The notes beneath the pieces were generated by a model that ran no database searches, had not been told where the DNA came from, and saw only the letters and a program-made list of their open reading frames with translations. A DNA stretch of 64,000 bases from Auanema rhodensis (taxonomy: Eukaryota > Animalia > Nematoda), in NCBI GenBank assembly GCA_964057225.1, contig OZ059896.1, forward strand, positions 11,098,001-11,162,000, in the 5' to 3' direction. Position 1 is the stretch's first letter. The number at the start of each line of letters is the position of its first letter. Below, one piece after another: positions 11,861 to 25,700 of the stretch. The position numbers were made by a program, and so were the translations under genes.

Positions 11861-14800
11861 ATGTGGACTCAGGGCGGCCCCATGGCTGGTCCATCGCCTA
11901 TGCAAAGTCCCGCATTTGGTCCCACTCCTGGAACAATGGTACCCATGCACGGATATGGTATGTTTAAATTGTTTTTACTAAATTCTCTTGAATTTCTACT
12001 TGTTTGCCTCTTATTCTGCTTTTGTTCATCCTGAATAAGATAGTCTACAGCTAGAAGCTGGAATTTCGCATCGTTCGTTTCGACTATTCCTTTTTTCTGA
12101 TTCGCTCTTGACTCGCTTAACGTGGCCCAATATGGAAACTGGTTTCACTAAAGTCATAGGAGGACGGTAAAGCGCAAGAAGAAGAAGCAGTCTCCGTGTC
12201 ATCAACGTTCACGAAGACGTCGAAAACTACGAAACGATGAAGCCTTTGACGATTACAACCGCGACTACTACGATGATGATGATGGTGACAACTTCTTCAA
12301 CGTCAAAAAGCAGAAGAAGAAGCAGAAGACGAAGTAGAAGCAAAAAGTCATGTAAACATATAAGAAATAACAGAGTGAGAATATGAAGACAGTCCTGTCT
12401 TGTTTTCCACCAACATTATTCCTCATTTGCCCGCCATTCCAATAGTTGTCATACGCTGTTTCGTTTCTCATCCAGTCATCTCAACTATCTTTGAATAATA
12501 TAATTATTAATATTTATATAATATATTATATACTATAATATATAAATAGGCTTATCATTATTTTATATTTTTTCAGGAATGCAGCCTTCCGGTTATCCTC
12601 CTATGGATCCTTCCGGAAATCGACCATACCCAGCTGGACCAGAAACAAATGGAATGTATGACCCGGTAAGTAAACTTATTATTAGTTCGATGTATAAAAC
12701 ATTTTAACAAAAATCTGTAAAAGCTAAATTATTTTTGAGGAAAAAGAAATAGGAGGTGGGAGGGATGGGAACGCGTGTGTCATCATAATATGTTTAGAAT
12801 GGATGTTAACACTATATAACTTATCAGACAGCAATAGTTCAATAGTTTAACACAAATTTTTTACAAGAGAAGAGTGGCAAACGAAGTTGTTATTCTAAAA
12901 CAATGAAATTCTATGTATTAAGTAATATTTTGATTCAAAAAACTATAAAAGGTGGGGTCATACGTTTCTTCGAGTTTTTTCATGCTAAAGAATGATCACA
13001 TGGAAATTCATTATTCAACTTTTTTGTCATATTCATATAGTAATTTAACTATTATTATTATTTAGATAGTGAATAATAATAACTGTAAGCTTTATAAATT
13101 ACTCGCAGATTATCTTTATTCTCTTTTTTTCCTTTGGATAATGAATTATAAAAAATTAAGAGAGTGATGGAGAGAGAGAGGGAGAGGGTAGGGAGGACGA
13201 GAGAGAGAGAGACTGTGAGTTTACCAAAATAGTTCTATATATATACTTTTGGAGACTTATTATACTTTTAAAGTTTAAACATAGGGCATTTAAGTTGAGC
13301 TATGCAGGTTAGAAGATAGGTTAACAAATAAAGCATATATATATAGAGAGAGATAACTAGCGAGTAAAAGATGGATGTAGAGGGAATAAAAGAGAGATAT
13401 TGACAGAGTAAATGAGAGAGAGAGAGAAAAGGGGGGGGGAGAGAAGCTCCTAATGTGTTTATTATTGTTTTTTGTGTGAACATACGCCGGAACTTGTTTT
13501 CCTCAAGTTGTGGTTAGTTTTTGTGTATATGTGTGTGTATGCTATGTGAGTGAATAAGTATATATATATATATATATATACCCCATCGTAGCTAGAAATT
13601 TTGATTTTACTAAGAAAAAAAAAGTAGATAAAGAACAACTACTTCTATTTTCTTATTTTTTCTATATATATATATCTATATGTATATATATATATATATT
13701 AAAAATTAGGTAACTATATTTTTTGAACTTTAAGACATGTTTGAAACTATATATATATATAATATTCTTTTAGTTTACTTTGGATAATTTTTAATAATAT
13801 CTTGTACATTGATGTGATTTTATGAAAATGCTCAATCCGTTCTTTGAAACCTAGTGCGAAATAACAATTTTAATAAAAACATCTCCAATTTTGATGTAAT
13901 CAGGGATAAAAATATAAAGGTGTATATGATAGGTGTATTGTTGATTTTTGCATGAAAAAATGAAATAATTTTTCCATCCATCTATCTTCTAATTTATGAA
14001 AAACGGGAGGTAGTAGGCTATGCTGAGGAGTATATTGCGTGCGCATTAAGCCTGTTTTTTTCTTTTTTCAAAAAAGACCTGAACAGTTTTTCATTTCATC
14101 TGTTTCTTCCCGTTTTCTTCTTACTTGGACTTTTTCTTGCTTCTGATCAATAAACTCAGTTTTCTACACAATGACTGAGGAAGGCCGAAGCTGAAAGCCT
14201 AATCCTCAGCAATGCTCTTCAGATTATTTTGAGCAGAACATAAAGGGATTTTTGCTCTTTCCTCAATTATAGGATGCAAATGAACTGATGATATCTGTAA
14301 AGGTCTATCTTAACTGAATCATAAAATTTTGAGATTTTATTGGTTTGTAGCTTCTATGTGCAATACAGAAGTGAATTGTTTGTTGCGGTAGTATAGACAG
14401 ATGAACCATTCTTGGAGCACCTTCTTCTTCAATTAACCATTGACCCCTAACGCCGAGTATTGTTAGGTTATGTGACCAACATAGCACCTGCCTATACTAG
14501 GTTATCGCTATGAAAAGATGCCAGGGTCGAAAAAATTGTTAGTATTGTGCTTATTGTAAAATGAAATATCATTAAGAAATATGTTCTGAATTACCTACTA
14601 CCCGACTCCTTATAGTCGATGTTCCTCCCAGTTTACTCGCGTTGTAAGCATATCATGACTTCATCCCAATTTTCCCAAACTTTTTTTTTTGATTTTTGTA
14701 ATTATTAATTTATTTTTTTCAGGCACAAATGCATATGATGCAACAGCAACGCCAGCAGCAACACCATCATCAGATGATGATGCAGCAACAACAACAGCAT

Positions 14801-17800
14801 CATCAAGCTACCCACCCTGTTCCTCAGCAACAAGTTCCTCCACCACTTATGGCTCAGGCTCCTGCTCCAGCACCTCCTATTCAAGCGCCTCCAGCCAAGC
14901 AGACTGGCAAAAAGGTATATCGAAATGGCAATAGCACTTTTCATATCATTTCATCAATTTATAGACAGCAGCAGCTAGACGACGCGCTACCGCTCAACAG
15001 CAACAACAGCAGCAAGCTGCTGCTGCTGCAGCCGCAGCAGCTCAACATCAACAGCAGATGATCCCACCTGGAATGGCACAGCCACCTCAATGTCCTAGCG
15101 GATATGATCCAATGTTTTCCGTGCCTATGGGTGTGAATAAGTGAGTACTTAACTCTATTCTGTTATTTTCTAGTTTTATTACCAGCATTGAATTGTCGAA
15201 CATTGCTATTAATAATTTTTCAGCGTCCCTGGTCAAGCTCAGCCATTAATGCGTGTACAGCCGGGCATACCATCACCCGCCTACCCTGGGGTTCCAGGAC
15301 CCATGATGGCTCCCCCTAGAGGCCATATGATGCCGATGACATCACCTGGATATCCTCAACCAAATACTCAAATGGTAAGTTTCAATATTTCATAATTTAT
15401 GAAGAAGTTTAAAACATTTATATTTTGAACGTTGTATTATTTCTTATTTTAATATTATTATATTTCTTGTTATTTATATATTATATGGTTTCCTTTCAGA
15501 TACGTGCAGGCCCTCCACAATTGTTTGGCCAGATGCAGCAACCACCTCAGCAACAACAAGTGAGTCCACAATCTTCGAGAAATTCGATCTGTCATAGTTT
15601 TATCTTTTCTTTTGGCAAAGACAAGCTTCATTTTCATAACAAGAAAACAAACATTTTTCTTGATATTAAAATATATTTTTCAGGTTATATCTTGTCTGAA
15701 CCCAAATGTGAATCTTCCAATTAATTACGTGTATCGAACTGTAGAAGAAGTTCTGTCTCCCTTCTGTCTGCAACACGACAAAACTATTTCTCATGAGTTC
15801 TTCGAACTTACTCCGGAATCATTGAAAAAATTGCAAAATTCAACAATGGAGTTACAGCTGAAGTGTTGTTTCAAGGAGGATATTAAGAAACAAGCCACTC
15901 AATGGCCTTCCAAACCCGGAAGCTTCGAACCCGGAGTCTCGGTATGATCATATATGCAAATATAATGAATTTAAATAATTTTGTTGTTTCAGATTCGTTT
16001 AAATGATACTCCACTTCCTATTAATTCCCTAAATCAGTCTATTCTTTTGAAGAATCTCGTCAAATTAGGAAGAAACGTACTTGAATTCCAAACATTCCAA
16101 TGTATCTGTGTATGTTATTCATTTTCAACATCTTTTTTAAATTTTATTTCTTTAGTCTCACTGTTTTTCGCTCCGGATGGTAGCTCAAATTCCATTAAAC
16201 AGTGTCGTGGAGAATTCTCTTACAAAGGCCAATCGTACAGGATGCAATTCTGAATATTTCAAACAAAAGTGTACGTATCGTTAATTTCTTAATATACATA
16301 TAATAATTTATATATTTTTATAGTAATGCAATATATCCAACCGAATGGACTTCAACTTCCTCTTACGTATGAACGTAAACGGATGTCAATTCCTGCACGG
16401 TTTGCGAGTTGTATGCATGCTGGATGCTTCGATCTTCATCAAATCTTACAATCTCAATCTGAGCATGTACTTCTTGAATGTCCGATTTGCAAGTGAGTTA
16501 TTGTTAAAACTTTATGTTTTCATTATTATAACTATAATTTAATTTATTATATTTTAGAAATCTTGGATCTTATGAAGATATCGAAGTGGATCATTTCTTA
16601 GGTCAAGTCATCCGGGAAACAAACAACCTGAAACCACAACCAACTGATGTAAGTTTTTCTTTACATATATATACATATATAATAGCATTATTTTAAATTT
16701 GTATTGAATTATATATGTAAAATATGAAATTTCAGATTTGCCTGCTTCCAAACGGAACATATAGACCTCTTTCTCCACAGGACTTATCACAGATGCCGAT
16801 GCCAAATGGGCGTAAACGACCTAATGAAGATAATGGTAAGTTTATATTCATATGCTTTGCAAAATATATTCTATTATTCTATTATTTAATAAAATTATTT
16901 TAGGAAATGGAACAACTATGAAACGTAATAAGAGTGAACCTTTTCATCCAATGATTAAGCAAGATATGCCTCCTAGTTCATCTCCGTACGGAAATGCTAG
17001 TTCTGTTCCTATTGTGCCTCCTATGGGCACCAGTCCCGGCAGTCTCTTAAGTCCTTTCGGAGCAAATGCTAGGTTTGTCAATTTTCGTTATCATATCATT
17101 ATAGTTTTTTTTTCTTTATATATTTAATGTGATATTATCTTTAGCGGATTTAGTCCAGTAAAGCCGGTCGCGTCTCCAATGGCAGCAAAATTTATGGGAG
17201 GACCTGGCACACCAATGACTCCAGGCGGAGGATTGATTGATCAAAAACCTAATATGATCTCGAATGAAGCACAGCTTCATGGAAATAGCCCGCATCAGTC
17301 ACAAATTCAACAGCATGGCAGTGTTGAAACTCCCTCTCTTACTGGTAAGTAATTTTATGCTCTCGAAAAATTACAAATATCGCACGCATTTTCTCTAAAG
17401 CTCACATCCTTAGTGTTTTAACGTTTCTTAATTCACAGGTTCAGCTCCATATACACCAGCTTCACAATCTAATGGAACTAATGCAGTTTGTTCAGCTCCC
17501 GAGCAGCATTGTGTAACGAATGTGACGACAATCACTTCAGCAAGTCTTGATATCGATGTGGTGGATGGCTTGATAAGCACAGTACGTTTATTATTTTATT
17601 TTCAAAATTCTAAAAAAACTTTCTTTCAGCAAATAATCTCCACAGACGATTTCCGCAAATATTTATGTGATGGGGAAGGCTTACCAACGTTTGTAGATGT
17701 TCCTGAAATGGTAATTTTTCGTTGTTATTATTATTGAATGAAGTAGTAGTATATAAGATTATTGATTAAAGAAGATTAAAGCATATAAATATATTTTGAA

Positions 17801-17897
17801 TTAACTATATTACTTTCAGAAAGAAGCTTCCGGATATGGCTGGTCCAATGATACCTGGGATGATTTCAAGCAATTAGTCAGTGATGGGAGAATCTAA
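11861..17897 (+). CDS. ZMIZ1: ZMIZ1/tonalli-like zinc finger MIZ (SP-RING) transcriptional co-regulator, about 761 aa, 17 coding exons
   Basis: Hand-spliced GT-AG exons 11861-11957, 12577-12665, 14723-14914, 14965-15140, 15224-15374, 15500-15559, 15684-15941, 15993-16109, 16156-16270, 16324-16492, 16558-16648, 16736-16835, 16904-17072, 17145-17344, 17439-17581, 17630-17710 and 17820-17897 total 2286 nt with an open frame ending in TAA. The N-terminus is Pro/Gln/Ala-rich. The core LSPFCLQHDKTISHEFFEL..MELQLKCCFKED..TQWP..LLKNLVKLGRNVLEFQTFQCICSHCFSL matches the ZMIZ core (FRLEHNLAVSNHVFHL..LELQFKCYHHED..TNWP..PGRNTIQI..CCCSHLFVL). It is followed by an SP-RING (IPARFASCMHAGCFDL..ECPICK). An acceptor lies 7 nt before the ATG, so further upstream exons or trans-splicing are possible. 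Confidence 0.9.
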
Positions 17898-20800
17898 AGA
17901 TATTATAAACATGATGACGTCATTGTTTTCCAAGATGATGAGTTCATGATGTAGATTGAGAGATTAATTTTCTCGTAATCATTATATTCTCGCATTCCCT
18001 TATTGCAAATTCACGAGAATCAAATGTTGTGATTGTTTCATAAATAAGCTAAGCTAAATTGAATTCTTCTGTGGATGATGATGATGAAAACCATGTTTAT
18101 TTATGGTTTATAACATATAACACAGCATATTATATATGCTTTTCAATTATAAAATTGACGCATATAATCTAGTAATAACTGCGATAGTTTAATAATTTTA
18201 AACTTATACGGCTATTTATTTAATTTTTTTACTTTCAATTTATATATTTCTCTTGAATCTTAAAAAGTTTTCTCTATCTCTCTTTCTTTCTCTCCCTCTC
18301 TCTCTCCCTCTCTCTACTGTTCTCTTAGAAATTCATTCCTTTTATCACTAGTGTTTTTGGATGTTTTTCATACCATATTACAAGAAAACATAAAACTAAA
18401 TTAATTCAATTTATATAATTTTTTTTCTCAACTAGTTCATTCAATATATAATATAATAAATTGGCAAATAGGTTGGTATGAAAACTCTTCTAAGATATGA
18501 AGGATTTTGATTTCAAAAGAGAACTTATCAAATAATTCCAAAAACTTATTTTTTTGGTTTTATATATCAATTCTGAATATTTCTGATTGTTATCTTAATA
18601 TCCCGAACATCGTCATTATCGGCCACATTATCAATTTGTATCATTTTCAAACATTTGCCACGATTTTACCTTTTTTTTTGAGAAACATTAAATACAATCA
18701 TTAATATAATCTAATAATTTAAAATTTTCTAATAATATTCATTAATATGAATATTATTTTACCCAATCTTCCTATTATATTTCCATTCCTTCTATTCTTT
18801 ATTTTCTTTTTTTCGTTGAACGTTAAAAGAACACACTCCTTACTGTATTTCTTCTTTCAAATTAAACCTAAAATGATATTTTCTGAAACAGTTAATGTCT
18901 GACTTAGTGCTTTAGCCGATCTGCTAATACATTTGTTGATACTCGTCGTTTATGATCCTTTTTCTTGAAAATTTTAATCTTCGCATGTCAATCTGACAGT
19001 TGAAAACCGCTTTTATAGAAACAGTTTTCATCTGAATGTTATAATCCCTGTGAAGCTATGATAGCGCAAATATTCCTTATACCTAGTGATGAATCATGTG
19101 TCCTGTGTATGTATATTTCCTTTTTTTTCGTTTTTTAAATTTTTTTGTTTAATGTCTATTTATTGTTCAAAGTTCTCAATGGTTTTCTCTGGAGAAGAAC
19201 TTGTACATACTTACATTATTAAGCTCCCCATATTCACATTTAGCAATCTAACACAATACTTTTATTTATTTTTTTCTATTCTCAGATGCTCTATAGAGTA
19301 GATCTGTTAAATATCTTGTATTTTACATGTATTAATAATTACATGTGAATAAAGAATATTAATCTTTCTTATTTTAAATTTAATTTTTATAAAAATAAAA
19401 AATTATAATAATAAACAATACATAGATACATACATATAACATAGCATATAATATATAAAAGTTTAAATTAGCGTCAGGAAAATTCTAAAAAAAATTAAAT
19501 TTAAATATAAAATAGTTTTGGGGCTATAAAAGAAAAAATAATTATCAAAGAATACATAGTTTTGAGGAAATTAAAAATTTGAATGAATGATGTAATACAA
19601 TGATTATACAGAAATCAATGTTAAATAGGAACAACTTGCTTAAAAACTTTAATAATACAATTATGAAAATTGAAAACGCATGTCATTCAATTGTAATTTC
19701 CTGATATGCTATAAGAGTTAAAAAAATCAAAAAAATATAGAATTGTGTCCGGAAAATACCAAAATTCCCTAATGATAATGATATCTGAAATATTGAAAAT
19801 GAGCACGGAAATGAGAAGCAGATTTAGCAGACTACTCCATTAGTTTGGTGAGATGAATGGTTCGAAAAAAGTGGATTCGAGGAAATTACCTGCACTAGGG
19901 ATGAGAGGCGAAGGTGGAAAGCAGATTTATCAGATTGGTATTTCATTTGTAATTTCAAGTGGATGAAATAGAAAATAAAAGACAAGAAAGAAAGATGCTT
20001 ACTGATAAATTACCGGGACTAATGGAATGAATGAAATAGTATGCTATATCAGAAAAAAAAGGAAAATTAACTGTATTAAGAAGAGATGAGAAGAAACGAT
20101 ACCAGCCTCGAAAATATAAAATATAATTAAAATAATATTTATAAATAATAAATAAAATAATAAATATTATTATTATTTAAGGGATGTGTAAAAAACAATT
20201 ATTTTATTAGTGAAGGTTAATGATTTTGCCAACACCTGATGGTCAATATTTCATTAAATTGTTTTCTTTACTATTGGATTTCTCTTATAAACGTATATAA
20301 ATACATCACAATCTTGAACACATGATACTCTTCATTCTTTATTTCTTTTTAAATAAAATTTTTATATAAATAAGTTATAATATAGTTTTGTATATATCTT
20401 ATATGTACATATCTGTATCTTCACATAGTTATTGTGGACATAATATCTTAGTTGGTGTTATATAGTAGGTATGTCTGAGTATGAGTGAACACATTTTATA
20501 ATATTTCAAGATTTATATAATATTCTTTTAGTTATTATATATATAAATTATATAAATTTGTCTTTATATTTCAAATGTTTTATCCATTTTTTTTTCACTA
20601 CATATATCTTTCAACTTGTTTTATCGGAAAGTTTGTATGCTTTCGTAAGTTTCCTGCAAACTTACTGGGAGAAATGGTTAACAGTGAATCATCATTGATG
20701 TTACTGAAAATGTAGCAAACACACTTAAATAACTTATTCGTTGAATCAATATAATTAAGAATTATATTTATTATTATTTCATATAATATATTTTTCTGTA

Positions 20801-21573
20801 TTTATATGAATAATTATAAAATTATTATTATTTTGTTTAAAAAATATAAATTTAACTTTGAAAATATTAGTTAAATATTGAAAATACTGTTGAAAAAACG
20901 TTTCTAAATGATGAAGATGGAAAATCAGAGAGAAAACATTGTCTATGCTTATACTGTGTACTTGGGAGGTGAAATAGGAGTACCACTTAACGCACCTCTT
21001 CACTAATTGACCTCACCTTAATTGAAACATATCTACTATTTCTTTTCAACTTTCTCATATATTTGTTAAATTATAATTTTAAATAAAAATATATTATTAT
21101 TATTCATATAGTTTGTAATAATTTTATGTTAAATAACTATACAAACTATAACTATTCCCATTTTTACATACAAACTAACAATATACACAATATGTACATT
21201 ACTTCAACTTCTTTCATTTGCTTTATCGTTTTCTATGAAAAAAGACCAATTTAAATTCATATATGACTCATACATTTTGATTACAACTCCTAAAAACTTT
21301 ACAAGTTTTAGTATCAAGTTTTATACTAAAGTTAATTCAATGGAAAAGTTAATTGGATTTACATCTTCATCATTCTCTTGTTTTGAATATAACTTATTAA
21401 ACATTATTTTAAAGATTTCAATAATCATATTCTTTATTTTTTTATTAATTTACACATTATTTTATGAATAATTCACCGACTAATGATCAAACATTTGTAA
21501 ATTATGACAAAAGACAATTAATTCAAGAATTAATATTTCAAAATATTAAAATATATATTTTACTATTTATTAT

Positions 21574-21611
<38 letters not shown>

Positions 21612-22269
21612 ACATATGTATAGTATACATATATGCATCTGAAACGAACTATCTATAGTTACAGTATTCTTCGATATTTGATTTGTTATAGTCCTTTTCA
21701 CAGTTACGCTATTTCCTTTGAGGTTGATTCTCTTCATCTTCAGCTTTATTACTATCTTGTTTTGAAAGTGTCTATACTTTAATATTTTTCTTTTATTTTA
21801 TTAAAAATCAATCATTAACCACTTTAATCATTTCAATTTCGATCATTATGGTTGGTAGGTCAAGCATTCTTTCTTTTATATTCTTCTTTAAAAATATTTT
21901 TATGATTAAAAAAGAATTTAAGAAAATTTTAATTTGTTTTATATTCTCAATAGAATAGAATGGAATGAAGAATTCTTTTTTCCATTCATTCATACTTGAC
22001 GATCTAATAGTTTTTCATATTTTATGATTAACTTCTTGATTCTTTTCTTTTTTTTCTAATATGTTTTAAAATCTTATCTTTAACAAATCAAATATAATTA
22101 AGATATAGATCATATTAAAGGTAATTATTATTATTTTTTATATTAATTATATATAAATATTTTAAATATATGAGAAAACTAGAAAAAAAGATAAAATGGC
22201 TAAGATAGATAGATGAGATATAATGATGAGTTTATCGTCTTTGCATCTCCAATTCCCACCGATATATCC

Positions 22270-22790
22270 GAAACTATCGCGTGCAGTGCGTTCCATCGTC
22301 TCATCATTCGCTCTTCAATTGTGAACATGATTCACATCGAACTCCAGCTACTCTCACCTTGCTTTCTTCAGTCTCTTCAAAATTCATTCAAATGGCGTAT
22401 CCTCCTCTTTTCCGTTTCTCTGATCGCACCAATATCTTAGCGTAGAAGAGCCTTATCTGATTAAACTCATCGCCAATTTTCCCACCATTCTTGTAGAAGC
22501 AATTTTCTCAGCAACTTCTGCATCTTTTATCGAAATATTCTTTATGATTTGAGCTTTATTATACTTCATCGTTGTCTCTCCCAGCTTGTCTTTCATTCTT
22601 TATTTCGAGGCCTATGTCTATAAGGGAGCTTCCTCACATTTCTTAGTTTCATCTACTGACATTTAACGGGAGTTCAGTCATGCCCACGCTGTATGAGCAC
22701 GACAGAGCGGAGAGACCGTATCCGACTTCAAAGACAGATGAATCAAATGTCATTTCTATAACGTTGTTCTCGATTTTCAATTTCAAAAGG
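22270..22790 (-). mobile_element. Heavily decayed RTE-clade non-LTR retrotransposon 3' fragment
   Basis: GC-elevated island. Frameshifted minus-strand pieces occur in the expected order: EIENR.., ..CRAH.., ..ETKKCEE.., MKDKLGETT..IIKNISIKDAEVAEKIASTRMVGKLA, EKRKRGG and RWNAL(A)RD. These recall RTE post-RT motifs (EISRR, LRAHLF, TTKKEE, MERSMLG..IRDA..RWAGHV, KRPxGRP, WATLARDR). Confidence 0.5.
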
Positions 22791-25700
22791 ATTATTATGT
22801 ACGTAGAATATCTTTCTCTCTCTCGATATATATATAGATGTATATACATATATGTAATACCTATAACATGCTTTAAACTTATAGTTAATTCTATAATTAT
22901 GTATTTATTTTTATTATTATAATTAATTTATATTAATAATTATATAATAGTATATGTCATTAAGTACAAATCGTCAATAACTTAAGATAAAAGCTTTTAT
23001 ATCTTTTCAATGATTGACTTTCGTATGAAGAGACTTCATCAATCCTATGAATTGTTTGTAATGTTTTTCTATTCATAGCAACCCTTATAATCAACTTATT
23101 TGATAGTTAGATTAGACCAACTGGATGAATAGACAGCTGTCATCCTACAAGCCTCCCTCTATTCCACTCTTAATAAGGATGAACCAGCTCTTCCGCGTTT
23201 ATCCTTTAAGCACATCTCTAAATCCAATACTTTTTTTAAGATTTTAATTATTAAATTATTTAAAGAAAAAAGATTTAATTTATAATAATTTGACTTTTTT
23301 TTGTTAATTTTATAAGAAAGATTTGCATAGTAAACTTATAAAATCGAAGAAGATGTCATGGAAAATCAAGCGTTTTATAGCTTTTCTAATCAGATTTTCC
23401 AAAATTTAAGAAATTTCCTGTCATAATTTAGGAAAAGATATGTGTATATGTATTATGTATGCATATAGTTATATATTTTAGTCGTCAAAAAATATATTTT
23501 TCTCATTATTAGATTTATAAATATTTTTTGAAATTTCGTTGAAAATTCAACAGTTATTCCGAAACCTAATTGAGTAAATCTCTGATTTTTCTGCTTCATA
23601 TATCTGTTTATCATTGTGGTTTTTCTGACAACAACTTGACACCGTGCGAGCTTTGTAAACCGAAACTGTTTGTTCAGTTAGGTTAGCTTAGAAACTACTT
23701 GAATAGCGAGAAATATAGAATTAGATAATGAAAAGAGAATGTAACGATTTATCGATAATATAATCTTTATTTTATATTTCTTTTTTTATATTTAAATAAA
23801 TTTTATAATTAATATACTTATTAAATTAGAATATATAATATGTATAATCTTAATCAACTTTTTGTCAATTCAATTAGATTAACTGAACTGGTTATGTTCC
23901 ACTTCACCTTAAATCTTAATGTTCTTTTCTGATGATGATGTTTATATTTTATTTATTATATAATATATAAATAAATAAATAAAAATATAGATATATATGT
24001 ATATATCATACTTCATATTTCATTCAACTTTTAAGAATTGAGAGAATTTAATAAACGAGGAAAATCATTTAACTATGCTCTCATCTAGTCATTTCTATTT
24101 GGTACTTGAACATACATACATAGGCTCTTAACTATGCGCTTTTCAACCACCTAATAAGTCATTCATCTACTTTCACTTTTTAAATCTTTTCTGACAATTC
24201 GAACTTGAACAAAATATGGTTTGCGAGAAAAAAAAAATAATGATTTTAATTAATATTTCTGATTATTGTTATAAAATATTGTCATTTTTAAAAATATCTT
24301 GAACTAATTATTTGAAAAAGAGTCAAATAGTTAAGCTATTCATATAATATATATATATATATAGATATATAGATATATAAACCAATTATTAATTGACGTA
24401 TGAAGAATTTATATATATATAACTTTCAAATTCTAGCATCGATTCCCAGAATATGTGCATATATATATATATATTTATTTTTTATGATTATTATATCAGT
24501 TTATTAAAAATATTTCAAACAATTTATAATATATACATATAGTTAATTTACACTATCATAATGCTTTTTGTATGAGTTATAAGATTATTTTGTTATTTTA
24601 CTTTTTATTTCCAAAAATAACAACTGTTTACAGAAGAATCAACACTTTAGATGGATTATCTGTGTTTCCCTATCATGTAATGATTAAAAAATTTTTTTTT
24701 TTAGCTTTTTCTATACATCTTTTCTATTCCCTACTAATGCTTATTTCATTGTGAAGGAGGCAATGAGTAAAAGTGGTTGTGCACAAAAAACCGGAAAGGG
24801 TTTCAATTTGTTCGGAACATGCATGACTTTTTTAGGAGCCCACAAACTAAAAACGTTGTGTCTTGATGTTCCATCAACCATATGTATTGACTGTCTCTTT
24901 CATTTTCATCTGTATATCTCTTTCTTTTTCTTCTATTTTCTTTAAATTATACTCTCTCCTTAACCCATTATCTATCTTTCTCTTTCTCTCTCTCTCTTTC
25001 TCTTTTCTTCTATCTCAACTTTTCCTACTCTATCTTCAACTCATACTCAACCTCCTTGTATCTTTCTTTCTCCCGCCTTCCCTCTTCTTTTTGAATTTCT
25101 TCATCATTTTTCCATTATTTCAGCCTGTTTCCTATTTCTTTAATCAGATAGAAACTTGACAAACTTTAAAAAGATTAAGAATATAACATGTAATTGAATT
25201 TGAAGAGCCCAGCTTTCTATCTTTAATGGATTTACTGATTGCAAAAATTGTAAAATGATCATTCAATCTCTTGTTATCAATATTTATAAGTATATTTATA
25301 TATAAGTAATCAGATCATTTTTTCAATAAAAAAAGAATTTTAGAACAAATTAGAATCATATAATAGAAATATTTATAATGAAATATAACAAATATATTTT
25401 CATATATAATGTAACAACTAACTAATATTTCTATATATATACGTATGTATATCCTACAAAATTTCATACATTTTGATATAACTATACAGAAGCCGTAAAA
25501 CAGATTTCTCCTTTTTACGACATTTCGTTTGTAAATTGGCTAGTTTTCTTTTTCTATTACATATCCAGTAGAGACACAACTAACCTCGATATCACCAACA
25601 CTTTCAAAATATTTCTAGAAAATCTATTGAATTTCATGAAAATTATCTTTTGAAACTATATAGAGAGAGAAACATACATGTATAGATATGTATGTATGTA

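Noticed and set aside
12237-12386. Short Arg/Ser-rich ORF in ZMIZ1 intron 1
   Set aside because: Built from GAT/GAA simple repeats, with no other support.
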